DNA of 64,000 nt, from contig CM059443.1 of the NCBI GenBank assembly GCA_030390025.1, forward strand, positions 23,622,001 to 23,686,000, in the 5' to 3' direction. The DNA is from Squalus acanthias. Taxonomy: Eukaryota. The notes beneath the pieces were generated by a model. It was not told the DNA's origin and ran no database searches. It saw only the letters and a program-made list of their open reading frames with translations. The position numbers and the translations under genes were made by a program. Below, in pieces: positions 51,192-62,612 of this stretch (positions within the stretch are counted from its first letter, which is position 1; every line of letters starts with the position of its first letter).

Positions 51192-52447
51192 CTGGAATTT
51201 TTTGAGGATGTAACTGGTAAAATAGATAAGGGAGAACCAGTGCATGTGGTGTATTTGGACTTTCAGAAGGCTTTCGATAAGGTCCCGCATAAGAGATTAG
51301 CATGCAAAGTTAAAGCGCACGGGATTGGGGGTAAGGTACTGTCTTGGATAGAAAACTGGTTGGCAGAGAGGAAGCAAAGAGTTGGAATAAACGGGTCTTT
51401 TTCTGAGTGGCAGGCAGTGACTAGTGGGGTACCGCAGGGATCGGTGCTAGGACCCCAGTTATTCACAATATATATTAATGATCTAGACGAGGGAACTAGA
51501 TGTAATATCTCCAAGTTTGCAGACGAGACAAAGCTGGGTGGGTGTGTGTGCTGTGAGGAGGATGCAGAGAAACTCCAGTATGATTTGGACAGGTTGGGTG
51601 ATTGGGCAGATGCATGGCAGATGCAGTATAATGTGGATAAATGCGAGGTTATCCACTTTGGTGGCAAAAACAGGAAGACAGATTATTATCTGAACGGCAA
51701 TAGATTGGGAAAAGGGGAAGTGCAACGAGACCTGGGTGTCCTTGTGCACCAGTCGCTGAAGGTAAGCATGCAGGTGCAGCAGGCGGTTAAGAAGGCAAAT
51801 GGTATGTTGGCCTTCATAGTGAGAAGATTCGAGTACAGGAGCAAGGATGTCTTGCTGCAGTTGTACAGGGTCTTGGTGAGACCACACCTTGAGTATTGTG
51901 TGCAGTTTTGGTCGCCTTATCTGAGGAAGGATGTTTTTGCCATGGAGAGAGTGCAGCGAAGATTCACCAGACTGATACCTGGAATGGCAGGAATGACGTA
52001 TGAAGAGAGATTGAGTCGATTGGGCTTGTATTCGCTAGAGTTTAGAAGAATGAGAGGGGATCTCATTGAAACTTATAAAATTCTAACAGGACTAGACAGA
52101 CTAGATGCAGGAAGGATGTTCTCGATGGTGGGGGAGTCCAGAACCAGGGGTCACAGTCTAAGGATAAGGGGTAAGCCATTTAGGACTGAGATGAGGAGGA
52201 ATTTCTTCACCCAGAGAGTGGTGAACCTGTGGAATTCTCTACCACAGAAGACAGTTGAGTCCAATTCATTAAATATATTCAAGAAGGAGTTAGATATATT
52301 TCTTAAGGCTAAGGGGATCAAGGGATATGGGGAGAAAGCAGGGACAGGGTACTGAATTTGGATGATCAGCCATGATCACATTGAATGGCAGAGCAGGCTC
52401 GAGGGGCCGAAAGGCCTACTCCTGCTCCTACCTTCTATGTCTATGTT
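51192..52447 (+). mobile_element. Young 5'-truncated CR1 LINE with an open 371-aa RT/C-terminal ORF (51240-52355)
   Basis: YLDFQKAFDKVPH, GVPQGSVLGPQLFTIYINDLD, KFADETK, RDLGV, VRPHLEYCVQFWSP; tail ttctatgtctatgt. Confidence 0.96.
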
Positions 52448-52487
52448 AAATGTAGCACGAGGATTTAAAGAAAAAGTCCAGAGGTGA

Positions 52488-52592
52488 TTTCCTACATTAC
52501 AACAGTGACTACACTTCAAAAGTACTTCATTGGCTGTAAAGCACTTTGGGACGTCCTGAGGTTGTGAAAGGCGCGATATAAATGCAAGTCTT
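52488..52592 (+). mobile_element. Deu-SINE/L2-type 3' tail
   Basis: cctacattacaacagtgactacacttcaaaagtacttcattggctgtaaagcactttggg...ataaatgcaagtc. Confidence 0.65.
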
Positions 52593-52908
52593 AAGTCTTA
52601 ATTTCACAATCTCACACACCATAAAGCTCTTCTCCACCTTAAGCACCCTCACAATGAATGGCACTAGCGAGATATTTTAACAGTTGGCTATTTTTTTTTA
52701 AACTCCAATCTGTATAACTGAGCGAATAATTTGGCAAGAATTGCAATTAAAAAGATGACAACCTTCAACCTCTTTCTGAATGATATTGGTAATTAAAATT
52801 TAAACGGATAGCTTACTGTAGTTATGGAAAATCACATTCATTGTCACCTACTGATGATACAAGTAGATTTGGTTTTATTGGTGCCTGGTTGTTCCTTTTA
52901 AAACAGAC

Positions 52909-52980
52909 CACTTCCTGCTAACAGAATGCGTAGTTAAATACTGTGCTTTGTTCCACCTTTCAGTTTCGGGGGGAAATCAC
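52909..52980 (+). promoter_or_regulatory. Candidate immune-type proximal promoter: ETS site, ISRE/IRF site and adjacent kB-like site
   Basis: CACTTCCTG at 52909-52917; CTTTCAGTTTC at 52957-52967 (GAAACTGAAAG on - strand); GGGAAATCAC at 52971-52980; all within 160 nt upstream of ATG 53065. Confidence 0.5.
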
Positions 52981-53064
52981 AGGGCTTGTGAGGGCTGCTT
53001 TAGAGGATGCAACATTTACTTTGAAAAGTTTATATTGAAAGCGGTACTTTGAACACACATTGGG

Positions 53065-53149
53065 ATGATCCGTCAACATCCTAGACGTGTAATGGTGCCT
53101 CTTAGAAGGGTATTTTTATTAATTACTTGGTGGATGTCCACAGTACAAG
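53065..53149 (+). CDS. Ig receptor leader exon (MIRQHPRRVMVPLRRVFLLITWWMSTVQ|G)
   Basis: In-frame ATGs at 53065 and 53092; basic N-region and hydrophobic core; CAAG|GTagga phase-1 donor matches the next exon. Confidence 0.78.
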
Positions 53150-56100
53150 GTAGGAACAATTTTACAATTGTCAAATTATTTTTTTAACTCCAAGCAGTGT
53201 GAAATATATTTTTATAAATAGGTTATCAAAACTATAGAATCATAAAAATTTCTGCTCAGAAGGAGATCATTTAATCCTTCATGCCCGTGCTTGCATTAAC
53301 GCCACATTGTAACTTCTGCTCTTCTGTTTGATGTTAGAATAATCTTTGCTAATACATGGTAAAGGCCTTGTTTTGTGGCACTCAAACAAGTGTGTAGAAT
53401 TATGTTGTGTGAATGATTAATGAAAACTAATTGATTATGCTATCTCATATTTTGGTGTATAGAAAATATTTCAACTGATTAATTTTGTGTTCACCCCTCT
53501 CTGAATATGATTAGTGATTAGTCTAAGCTTTTATAACAAATAAATTGACTTTTATGAAAAGTTGAATCAAAACTTGTGTTCCACTAAAGTAGCTGAACTA
53601 AGTTGTAGAATCATAGAATATTACAGCACAGAAGGAGGCCATCTAAACATTCATTCCCTCCACCACCGGCGTACCGTGGCTGCAGTGTGTACCATCTACA
53701 AGATGCACTGCAGCAACTCGCCAAGGCTTCTTCGGCAGCACCTCCCAAACCCGCGACCTCTTCCACCTAGAAGGACAAGGACAGCAGGCGCATGGGAACA
53801 CCACCACCTCCAAGTTCCCCTCAAAGTCACACACCGTCCTGACTTAGAAGTATATCGCCGATCCTTCATCGTTGCTGGGTCAAAATCCTGGGACTCCCTC
53901 CCTAACAGCACTGGGAGTACCTTCACCACACGGACTGCAGCGGTTCAAGGCGGCGGCTCACCACCACCTTCTCGAGGGCAATTAGGGATGGGCAATAAAT
54001 GCTGGCCTTGCCAGCGACGCCCACATCCCATAAACTAATTTTTAAAATGTATTTTTAATTTGCAACTGTACTGGCTCTCTAAGATCTGTACAATTAGTCC
54101 AATCCCTTTCCGTTTACCTATACTCTCTCAATTTCTATTTCAACAATGTATCCTATAGACTCTTTCACTACTGCTTCTAAAGGACATTCCATTTCCTAAC
54201 ACTCTTCGTTTAAAAAAAATTGTTACTAACCTCTTCCTTTGGTGCTGATCTTAAATTTATGCCCTTTTAATTACCAACTCGCCAAACTTTGAAATTAATT
54301 TTTCCCTATTTATCTCATCAAAACCTTGCATAATTTTTACCACCAGCAGATCTTCTCAACCTTTTTCTGTACTATTGAAAAGAGCCCCAGTTTCTCTAGT
54401 CTCCCTTTGTAACTAAAGACTCTCATCCCTGGTATCATTCTAATGAAACTCTGTTGCACCATATCCATGGTCTTGACATCAGTAAGGTGCCCAAAACCAG
54501 ACATTACATTCTAAATGTAGTCTAACCAACGACTTGCATGTTTTTGGCATTACATCTTTGCTTTTGTATTCTATACCCCTTTCTATAAAAGCTAGGATCT
54601 CGTATACCTTTTTAAAGCTTCAGCAACTTGTTCTCCCACTTTTAAAGATTTGTGCTTCTGAAAATCTAAGTCTTTCTGCTCCTCTACTCCTTTTAAAGTT
54701 TTGCAATTGAGTGTATAGTTCCTCTCCTTATTCATCTTTTGGATTTGGATGATCAGCCATGATCTCATTAATGGCGGAGCAGGCTCGAGGGGCCGAATGG
54801 CCTACTCCTGCTCCTATCTTCTATGCTTCTATCTTCCCAAAATATATCACCTCACATTTCTCATTTTCATTTGAGCTCTATCTGCCCAACGTGCCACCCC
54901 GTCTGTCTTTCTGAAGTTGCTTCATGGTCAAATGCACACACTCTTTTTGTGCAAATATTTTCATTGTGCCACTATACCCAAGTCCAGATCATGCATATAT
55001 ATTGATAAGAGCACTGACCCAGGGGGACACCATTGTTTGCATCTCTCCAGTTGTAAGAAACCTTACCTTTAGGCCTCTCTTACTTGTCCAACAGGTTAGA
55101 GCCGACACCATTGGGTTACAGTAAAAAATTTATTTTGAGAAGTAAAACAAAGGTCGGTACATGCAAGTATCTAAGCAGTAATTAACAAAACAGAGCAAGA
55201 AATTATATTACCTGGTCTGATTTAGGTAGGGGTCATAACTATGGATGCCAGTTGCCTCTTCCTGTCTATGACTGTCGTCTTCGCCTCGTGAATGCCTCTA
55301 CGCTAACAAAAGCCCAAAGCACGTATTTGTCCAGATGTACAGTTCCTTGTGGCTCCCCCTTATCGCTCTTTTAGTCTCGACACAATGTTTTTCTGTTCAT
55401 GCAGATGATGACTCACTGTATGGACCTTGAAGATATCAGCTTTAACTGTAAGAAACTTCTGTTTCAACATCATCTTTTCATGCATTCTAAAGAGTAAAAT
55501 AAAATTATACACTAACAAAACTTAATACTAAACTGCAATCTAGCAAAGCTTAATACTGAAAGTAAAAAAAAAGACCATATTTACACACACTCTTAATATC
55601 CATTAACCACTACTTTGTTTTCTGTCCTTTAGCCAACTTTCTATCCTTGCTACCCCATTCCCTTTAATACCACGTGTTAATTCTATTAGCAAACCTTACT
55701 TTATCAAACGCCTTTTGAAAATCCATATGCACAGCAATCCACTGCATTTCCTTTATCAATTTGCTCCATTCTTTCCTCAAAGAACTCATTACTTGACATT
55801 TATCCAATGAAAAAAATCTAACCAGTATATAGTAAAATATTACAACTAATTAACCTTCACCCAATTTATATTTCACAAAGTATCCAATAAATACATAGTC
55901 AGTTTTATTCATGTTTTTCTCCTCCATTTTAGGGCAGAATCAAAACAGGTGTGAACTAAAACTCTCTTATTCAAAATCCACAATCTACGCTATGGAAGGT
56001 AGTACGTTTTCTCTCTCGTGCAACGCTATCTACTGTGCGAACAGTTCCTCTGAACCAGAATTGAATTGGTGTAAGCTAACATCAAAAAGTTGCATGTTGC

Positions 56101-59100
56101 TCCCTCAGCTGGATGAATATGTCAATCGGACCACGGACATCCCACGTAACGGGTCCGGTACAATGACTTCTTTGCTTTGGATTTCTCCTGCTCACATTAA
56201 CCACAGTGGACATTATCAGTGTCAGGGCAGGCTCCCCAGCTACAGCCTAGGCACTGTGATGGGTCACATGATAACAGTTTTGGTGATTGGTAAGTGTCAA
56301 AACATTGGGCATAACAAGGTATCATTTTAAGCCAGTTTTAAAAGGTATAGTATTAAATATACAGCATAGTATTTAAAAATTACACTGTATTGTGCAAGGC
56401 TACAAATCTACTCCCTGAATATTTCCTTTACACTCTTGGCAATTATTGTTGCAATTTTCAACCAAGAATATACGGTACGATACAATCTTGGTTAAAAGCT
56501 TTCAGTTCAGCCATATCTGAAACTGTCATGTATGCCTCCTGCACATATCTGCTATGTAACCACCAGAACAGAGGTGTCCATGTTTAAGAGCTTTGTTGGC
56601 AATGCAAGAGCCTGTATTTCTCCATTTAGCTAATAGCTGACAGCAGCCGTATATGTGGCTTAATTTCCTGTACATTATTTTAGAAATGGAGTTCAGATCA
56701 CGTGATGCATCTGTGAAATGAATATGATCGGTGTAGTATTGGCAGCTTTTAGATGGTGTATGTTGTATCTAGGCAATGGTCATATACTCATTTAGTTTAA
56801 GATGTGAGATACCCTTACAAAGTCAAATTGAGATGCCTGTATTTGTGTTTGAGTATGTGGAGTGATTTAGCACTTTTAATGTTTATAATGATCATCTGGG
56901 TCAGTTAATGCAGGAAGTTCCCCTTTAAAATCAATTCCCTTTAAAAGATAATTAAATCTATTATCACAGTTTATTCAGTAACTGGTAAGCATTCATGAAC
57001 CTATGACATCATTATCAAAGTTATAGATGAGTCACACACAAACTAGAATGCAAAAGCAAAATACTGCGGATGCTGGAAATCTGAAATAAAAACAGAAAAT
57101 GCTGGAAATAATCAGGTCAGGCAGCATCTGTGGAGAGAGAAACAGAGTTAACATTTCAGGTTGATGACCTTTCATCAGAACTGGAAGAAGTTAGAGATGT
57201 AATAGCTTTTAAGCAAAAACAGAGGCAGAGAAAGGGGGAAGGGGAGGAAAGAACAAAGGGTGAGGTCTGTGAAAGTGTGTAAGGCAGGAGTGATTAAATG
57301 ACAAAAAGAGATGATGGTGCAAGGCAGAAACAGGTGGTAATGGGACAAGTAAAGAAACAAAAGATGAGTCTTGAGGAGTTGGAAACCCTATCATGGATCT
57401 GGGAGGGAAGGGATGGGTGTAGAAGTGCAGGAAATGGGATGGACACGGTCGAGGGCCCTGTCAACCACAGTGATGGGAAATCCTCAGTTGAGGGAAAAGG
57501 AAGTCTTGTCTTATAAGCACTGGTGTGGAAGGTGGCACGGTCAGAGCAGATGCAATGGAAACCGAGAAACTGGGAGGCTGGAATAGAGTCCTTGCAGGTA
57601 GCGGGGTGGGAGGAAGAGTCATCAAGGTAGCTGTGGGAGTCGGTGGGCTTATAGTAGATATTCATTGACAGCCTATCCCCAGAAATAGGAGATGGAGAAG
57701 TCGAAGAAGGGTAGGGAAGAGCCAGAGATGGACCATGTGAAGGTGAGGGAGGGGTGGAAAATGGAAGCAAAGTTGATATTTTCCAGTTTGGGGTGAGAGC
57801 AGGAAGTGGTACCAATACAGTCATCAATGTACCGGGAAAAGAGTTGAGGGAGGGGATGAGTAGACTGGAACAAAGAATGTTCTACATATCCCATGAAAAG
57901 GCAGGCATAGCTAGGACCCATACAGGTTCCCATAGCAACACCTTTTATTTGGAGGAAGTGAGTGGAGTCAAAGGGGAAGTTGTTCAATGTAAGAACATGT
58001 TCAGCCAGGCAGAGGAGGGTGGTGGTGGATGGGGTCTGGTTGGGCCTCTGTTCAGGAAGAAGCAGAGGTCCCGCAGGCCGTCATGGTGGTGTAGAGGGAC
58101 TGGACATCCATGGTGAAAAGGAGATGGTTAGGGCCAGGAAACTGTTAAAGGGCTAACACTAATTAGCCCTGGCATCCTGCTCAAGCTTGAGCTGAGGTTT
58201 GTTAACCTCATCTGATCTAGGACCACAAGCACCTCTGACACATTACCTGCTTTGTTCTCTGCCTCTCCCCTACTACTGTTGAGCCCCTAATCGAGGTCTT
58301 TATCACCTTGAGGCTTGACTGCTCCAGTGTTCTCCTTGCTAGCTTCCTAACATCCACCCTGTACTAACTGTAACTTATCCAGATCACTGCCTCCCATGTC
58401 CCCTCTCTAATGATTTCCTGCACGCCGGTCGCCAACATCCTTGCAATGTCCCACTGTCTTCTCGTGCCCTAGCAGACTGATTAGAAGATCTACATTATCA
58501 TTTTAAAATCCTTCATGGCTTTGCCCCACCACACATCTGTGATTTCCTCCAGTTTAATGTCCCTGCATGTACCCTAAGCTCCTCTGACTGGATTAATCCT
58601 CATTCCCAATATCTTTGTTCCAGCAACAGCAGCCATTCTTCCAGCCATACTCTCCCTGACTTCTGGAACTGCTTCCCCAGAACCCTCCATCTCGACACCT
58701 CCCTTCGCCCTCTGAAACCATTCTCTTTGAATTGAATGGCTTCATTCCCACCCAGCTTCTATTTTCACCTTTTCCTCCCCTCTTCGCTAACAAGTACTCT
58801 GCGACATTTTCTATGCAAGAGGCCCAACAGAAATAAAAGTTGCTAAATTCAATAATTGAGGGTAATGTCTCCAATACTTAGTTCCTGTTAATAACCTCAT
58901 GTACTCAGACACAAAAAATGTACATTATTTAATCTTATGATCACAAATAGTTTTATTTTTGAATCTTAAGATTTCAAGATGATTATTCCCAATTCCAAAG
59001 TGAGAGGACTAAGAGGAGGCTCCCTAAAGCTTCAGTGTATTGTGAAACTTGATAAGCATTTGAATAACACACTCAGAGTATTTTGGACAAAGGATAATGA

Positions 59101-61353
59101 AAACTGTAGCCAGTTGATGTCAATAAACAGAGGCAACATCAGCAACCAAACTGTGGCAGCAGACAGACGTGATTTTACACTTACTCTCTCCAACCTCCAA
59201 AATGAAGATGCTGGAGTTTACTCCTGCTGTGCTACCACATATTTGTCGTCACAGATCTTTGCAATGGGTTCGATAAATGTGCAAGTTCATGGTGAGTTGC
59301 ATTCATTTTACTAGTACTTTTTAAAAATACATACCTTCCAATTCCACGTATTAATATAACATTGTTGTCAGTCACTCGGGTATCTGTGCTTTCAGTTAAG
59401 ATTTCTATATATGAGAAACATCATGTCTTGTCCAGTCTCACTTCTTCATTTGTTATGCCATCAATCACCTATATTTGACCATTGATTAGAATGTAGAAAT
59501 ATGTTGCGTTCTCTGTGATGATCTATGGGTACATTTTATATTGATTTTTCATAGCATAAGGCTATTTTTTAAAGTATAAGTTTGAATGATAGAAGAATAA
59601 ATCTTCTTACATCAAGAATGTACAACAGCACCATCGACAAACAAAGCTTAATCAGTGTGAAGCAATTGAGTACGAGGAGCAGTTCATTCAGGAGCAGTGT
59701 TTCAGTTGGGAGCAGCAGTTTGGTTTGAGTGGTTGGCATCCAACCATTCCTGTTCATCCTCTCTTCTCCTCCAAGTAGCTCAAGTATATTGAGACCTCGG
59801 AGTGTCCAGTGTTTAAGGGGAATGGTGGCAAGTAAAAAATGGTACTCCAAATCACTTGGCAAAATCACTTGACAATTGGGTGAAGCAGAGAAGCAAAGAA
59901 TAGTTGTGCTTGGTGCTGGATTGGCTTGGAAAGAGACAACACATGGGATGCCTCCAGGAGCAGTGCTGGGTCCATTGATGTTTATAATGTACATAAATTA
60001 CTTGGCTGAGGTAAGGGCGGAGGTGGGCAATGTTGTGGAGGTCGAAATAAATAATCTTGGTAATGGATGCGATGCAGGCTTCGAAGCTAATCCTAAGGTT
60101 TCTGAAAAGGTGACTGGGGAAGAGGATGCAGTCAATGGCAAAGAAATGAGTTTGTGGTGAGGGCTGAAAACAATGGCTTCAGTCTTCCCAATGTTCAGTT
60201 GGAGGATGTTGTGACTTACCCATGACTTAACATCAAACAGGTAGTCTGACACCATGGAGGTGGACATGGTATCGAGAAAAGTGGAGAGATAGAGCTGGAT
60301 GTTATCGGCATACATATGGAATCTGTCACCAAAGGATAGCATGTAGATGAGGAAGGGGGTGAGGCCAAGGATAGATCCTTGAATGACTCCAAAGATGACC
60401 GTGCAATTGCAGGACTAGAAACCATTACTGCAGAAGTACTGGTTGCATTCAGACATCTAAATTTCTATGATTCTACATGCAACTCCCAGTCTCGTTTGTA
60501 CTTCTGGGAGTTGTTGGGCTATGCCATTTCCATCTTTTTCACTTCTGTTTCCCTTATCTCCATTTCTGTCTCTGCTCCCCCATTACTTCAGCAGTTATTT
60601 CAGGACAGTTTCACTCAGCCAGGACTAGGGTTGCCAACTCTGGTTGGACGTATTCCTGGAGATTTTGTCACGTGACCGCCTGACTCCAACCGCCGCGCTC
60701 CCAGCATTGGTTGCCTGACGTGCATCCTCACGGAGCACCACCTTCCCATGCCAGTTCAGAAATAATGTTACCCGAATGATGATTCTTGACTCTCGGACAA
60801 ATAGCCTTTTTTCCACATCTCCAATATTTTTATAACTAAAAAGCAAAAGTGTTTAAAAGAAAATGGAAAAAAAAACACTCTTTTTAATGCCCCCAATGAT
60901 TTTTCTTCCTGGTTGCTGGCAGCAGTGTCCTGGAGATTAATCCTCAATTCCTGGAGACTCCAGGTCAATCCTGGAGGGTTGGCAACCCTAATCAGGACTC
61001 GTGATTGGCAGGCCTATCAGGCTAAGACATTGCTCTCCCCGCCCACCCTCCAGAGTTGGTTGGCATGATGAAAGGCAGGTTAAATCATTTGTGCAGATTC
61101 TACCTTAAAATATGCCATCTATGGAGGCAGAAATGACACTGGACATCATTCATCACAACTTGAAACCATGCTAACCCTCAAAATTTAAAATGTTTTTACC
61201 GATCATTTTTTCACCTTTACGTCATTACTATTTTCTTATTTTTCCAGCATTCAACTATGACCTGTTAAACTTTCTTCCACTCATCATCTGCAAAGCTATT
61301 GCCTTGGTGGTTATTATGGCAGTTGGCCAAACTCAGGTTTGCAAACAGAAATG
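53065..61353 (+). CDS. BTLA-related two-Ig-domain type I transmembrane receptor (leader + Ig1 + Ig2 + TM; 289 codons through the TM exon)
   Basis: Four exons (85, 357, 321, 106 nt) joined by phase-1 GT-AG introns, the classic IgSF layout, giving an uninterrupted frame. Confidence 0.88.
53607..55790 (-). mobile_element. Old CR1 LINE fragmented by nested insertions
   Basis: Tail agaatcatagaatattacagcacagaaggaggccat at 53607-53642; body resumes at about 54095 and runs to gccttttgaaaatccat (MDFQKAFDK on - strand). Confidence 0.65.
53645..54032 (+). mobile_element. LINE 3' end, same family as 36247-36940
   Basis: Near-identical to 36565-36940 (LNIHSLHHRRTVAAVCTIYKMHCSNSPRLLRQHLP). Confidence 0.88.
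55933..56289 (+). CDS. Ig domain 1 exon, BTLA-type six-cysteine Ig domain
   Basis: ccattttAG ... G|GTaagt; RCELKL..EGSTFSLSCNAIYCAN..PELNWCKLTSKSCMLL..HSGHYQC..GHMITVLV parallels human BTLA SCDVQL..AGDPFELECPVKYCANRPHVTWCKLNGTTCVKL..DNGSYRC..SHSTTLYV (recalled, not searched). Confidence 0.92.
57050..58150 (-). mobile_element. Penelope-like element (RT remnant + 3' terminal repeat with hammerhead motif)
   Basis: NNFPFDSTHFLQIKGVAMGTCMGPSYACLFMG, FSRYIDDCIG and IYYKPTDSHSYLD are PLE RT motifs; terminal repeat at 57050-57185. Confidence 0.88.
58160..58780 (+). mobile_element. Degenerate L2 3' fragment
   Basis: ITLRLDCSS.LLA-like remnant and L2 3' region. Confidence 0.55.
58971..59291 (+). CDS. 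Ig domain 2 exon (V/I-set)
   Basis: gaatcttaAG ... G|GTgagt; GGSLKLQC..VFWTKD..FTLTLSNLQNEDAGVYSC..INVQV contains the canonical B-strand Cys, C-strand Trp and DxGxYxC. Confidence 0.92.
59860..60440. mobile_element. CR1 RT fragment (+, 59860-60000) joined to an L2 fragment (-, 60000-60440)
   Basis: KQRIVV..GMPPGAVLGPLMFIMYINYL on +; FHMYADNIQLYLS..LQLNIGKTEAIVF on -. Confidence 0.7.
60626..60990. mobile_element. hAT (Tip100-like) non-autonomous element, 365 bp
   Basis: TIRs TAGGGTTGCCAAC / GTTGGCAACCCTA; imperfect 8-bp TSD GCCAGGAC / ATCAGGAC; subterminal cctggaga repeats. Confidence 0.85.
61248..61353 (+). CDS. Transmembrane exon (AFNYDLLNFLPLIICKAIALVVIMAVGQTQVCKQK)
   Basis: Long polypyrimidine tract + tttccAG; phase-1 entry matches Ig2; about 22-residue hydrophobic stretch with a central Cys-Lys; TG|GTaaga donor. 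Confidence 0.85.
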
Positions 61354-61444
61354 GTAAGAGTGATATTAAGTCTGATATTTCTTAAAGGACTCACAACTGT
61401 CAGAGGGACTTAGCCTATAGTTGTTTTGTTTATGATGAAAAAAA

Positions 61445-61860
61445 ATTATAGCACCTTTCACAACCTCAGGATGTCCAAAAGCACCTCACAGCTAATGAAG
61501 TACTTTTTAAGCAGTGGTCATTGTTGTAATTTAGGGAAACACAGCAGCCAGTTTGCACACAGCAAGGGCCCACAACCAGCAATTAAATAAATGATTAGAT
61601 AATCTGGTGATGGTTGAGGGATAAATGTTGACCAGGACTCCAGGCGAACTCCTCTGCTCTTCTTCAAATAGTGCCACAGGATCTTGTGCATCCACCCGAG
61701 ACAGGGCCTTGGTTTTACAGCTCATCCAGAAAGCAGCACCTCTGACAGTGCAGCACTCCTGCAGTACTGAACTGAAGTGCCAACATAGATTATGTGTTGA
61801 AGTCTCTGGAGTGGGGCTTGAACTCACAACCTTCTGACTTAGAGGCAACCAAGCTGCCAA
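61445..61860 (-). mobile_element. Near full-length Deu-domain SINE
   Basis: Reverse complement has a tRNA-like head (tcagaaggttgtgagttcaagccccactccaga), the Deu core and the tail. Confidence 0.78.
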
Positions 61861-62496
61861 AGCTGACACATTGGGGGTCACAAAAGGAAGATTTTATATA
61901 CAAGTTATATTGGTATAGTTCTAAAATGGATTTCGGTCTCTTTTCTCAAATTTAAAATGGCTGTTCAGAGACATGTTGTCTAATTTACAGCGATCCACAA
62001 CCATGTCAACTTGACGTTTTTAAAATGTCAAAGCCTCACTGCATCTGCCCTGGGAATATATTAATTCCCTGACGAGATAACCTGTTTGCTGAATAAAAAG
62101 GGCATTATTAATATACCCTGGCCTTTAATTAAAAAGTTTTAAAAATTCTCTGTATTTTTTCAAAGCAGAGAGCTAAGGATCCAAGAGAACTTAGGCCAAA
62201 GCTGGTGGTTTTTATTAAAGCTCATTACAAGAAAATTGAAAGTTTGTAGAGGTTTTACTATGCTTACAAAAATTAAAAGTTAGTTGAAAATGTTGTCTCC
62301 AATACCATTGGATATTCCATTTTCAGCCTGTTTCGTGTAAGCACATTGCCAGTGCACCCATGAAGTACACCGTGCTAGATTTTTACTCCTGTTTGCCCTG
62401 CCCTACTTTTTAGTGACATGGACAAGGCATTTAATTTTATCATGAAGGTTTAATCGCCCTTTCTTTGTGCTGATCCAGTACTCAAATCTCAGCTAT

Positions 62497-62612
62497 AACA
62501 ACAGAAAACGCTGGAAAAACTCAGCAGGCCAGGCAGCGTCCGTGGAGAGAGAAACAGAGTTAACGTTTCAGGTCGAAGACCTTTTGTCAGAACGAAGACC
62601 TTTCGTCAGAAT
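62497..62612 (-). mobile_element. Penelope-derived 116-bp mini-element with hammerhead motif and 15-bp TSD
   Basis: Flanked by TCAAATCTC(A/C)GCTAT at 62482-62496 and 62613-62627. Confidence 0.8.

Noticed and set aside
51240-52355. 371-aa ORF as a host (domesticated) gene
   Set aside because: Ordinary 5'-truncated CR1 ORF2 with a LINE tail and near-identical sibling copies nearby
55911-56330. Assigning the gene symbol BTLA to the Ig gene
   Set aside because: Ig1 is BTLA-type, but the extra Ig domain, TM Lys, absence of a visible ITIM/ITSM tail and AP3D1 neighbourhood argue against simple orthology; left unnamed
62166-62204. Possible 39-nt cytoplasmic exon (CRELRIQENLGQS)
   Set aside because: Acceptor is plausible but the donor GTGGTT is weak; not supportable without cDNA
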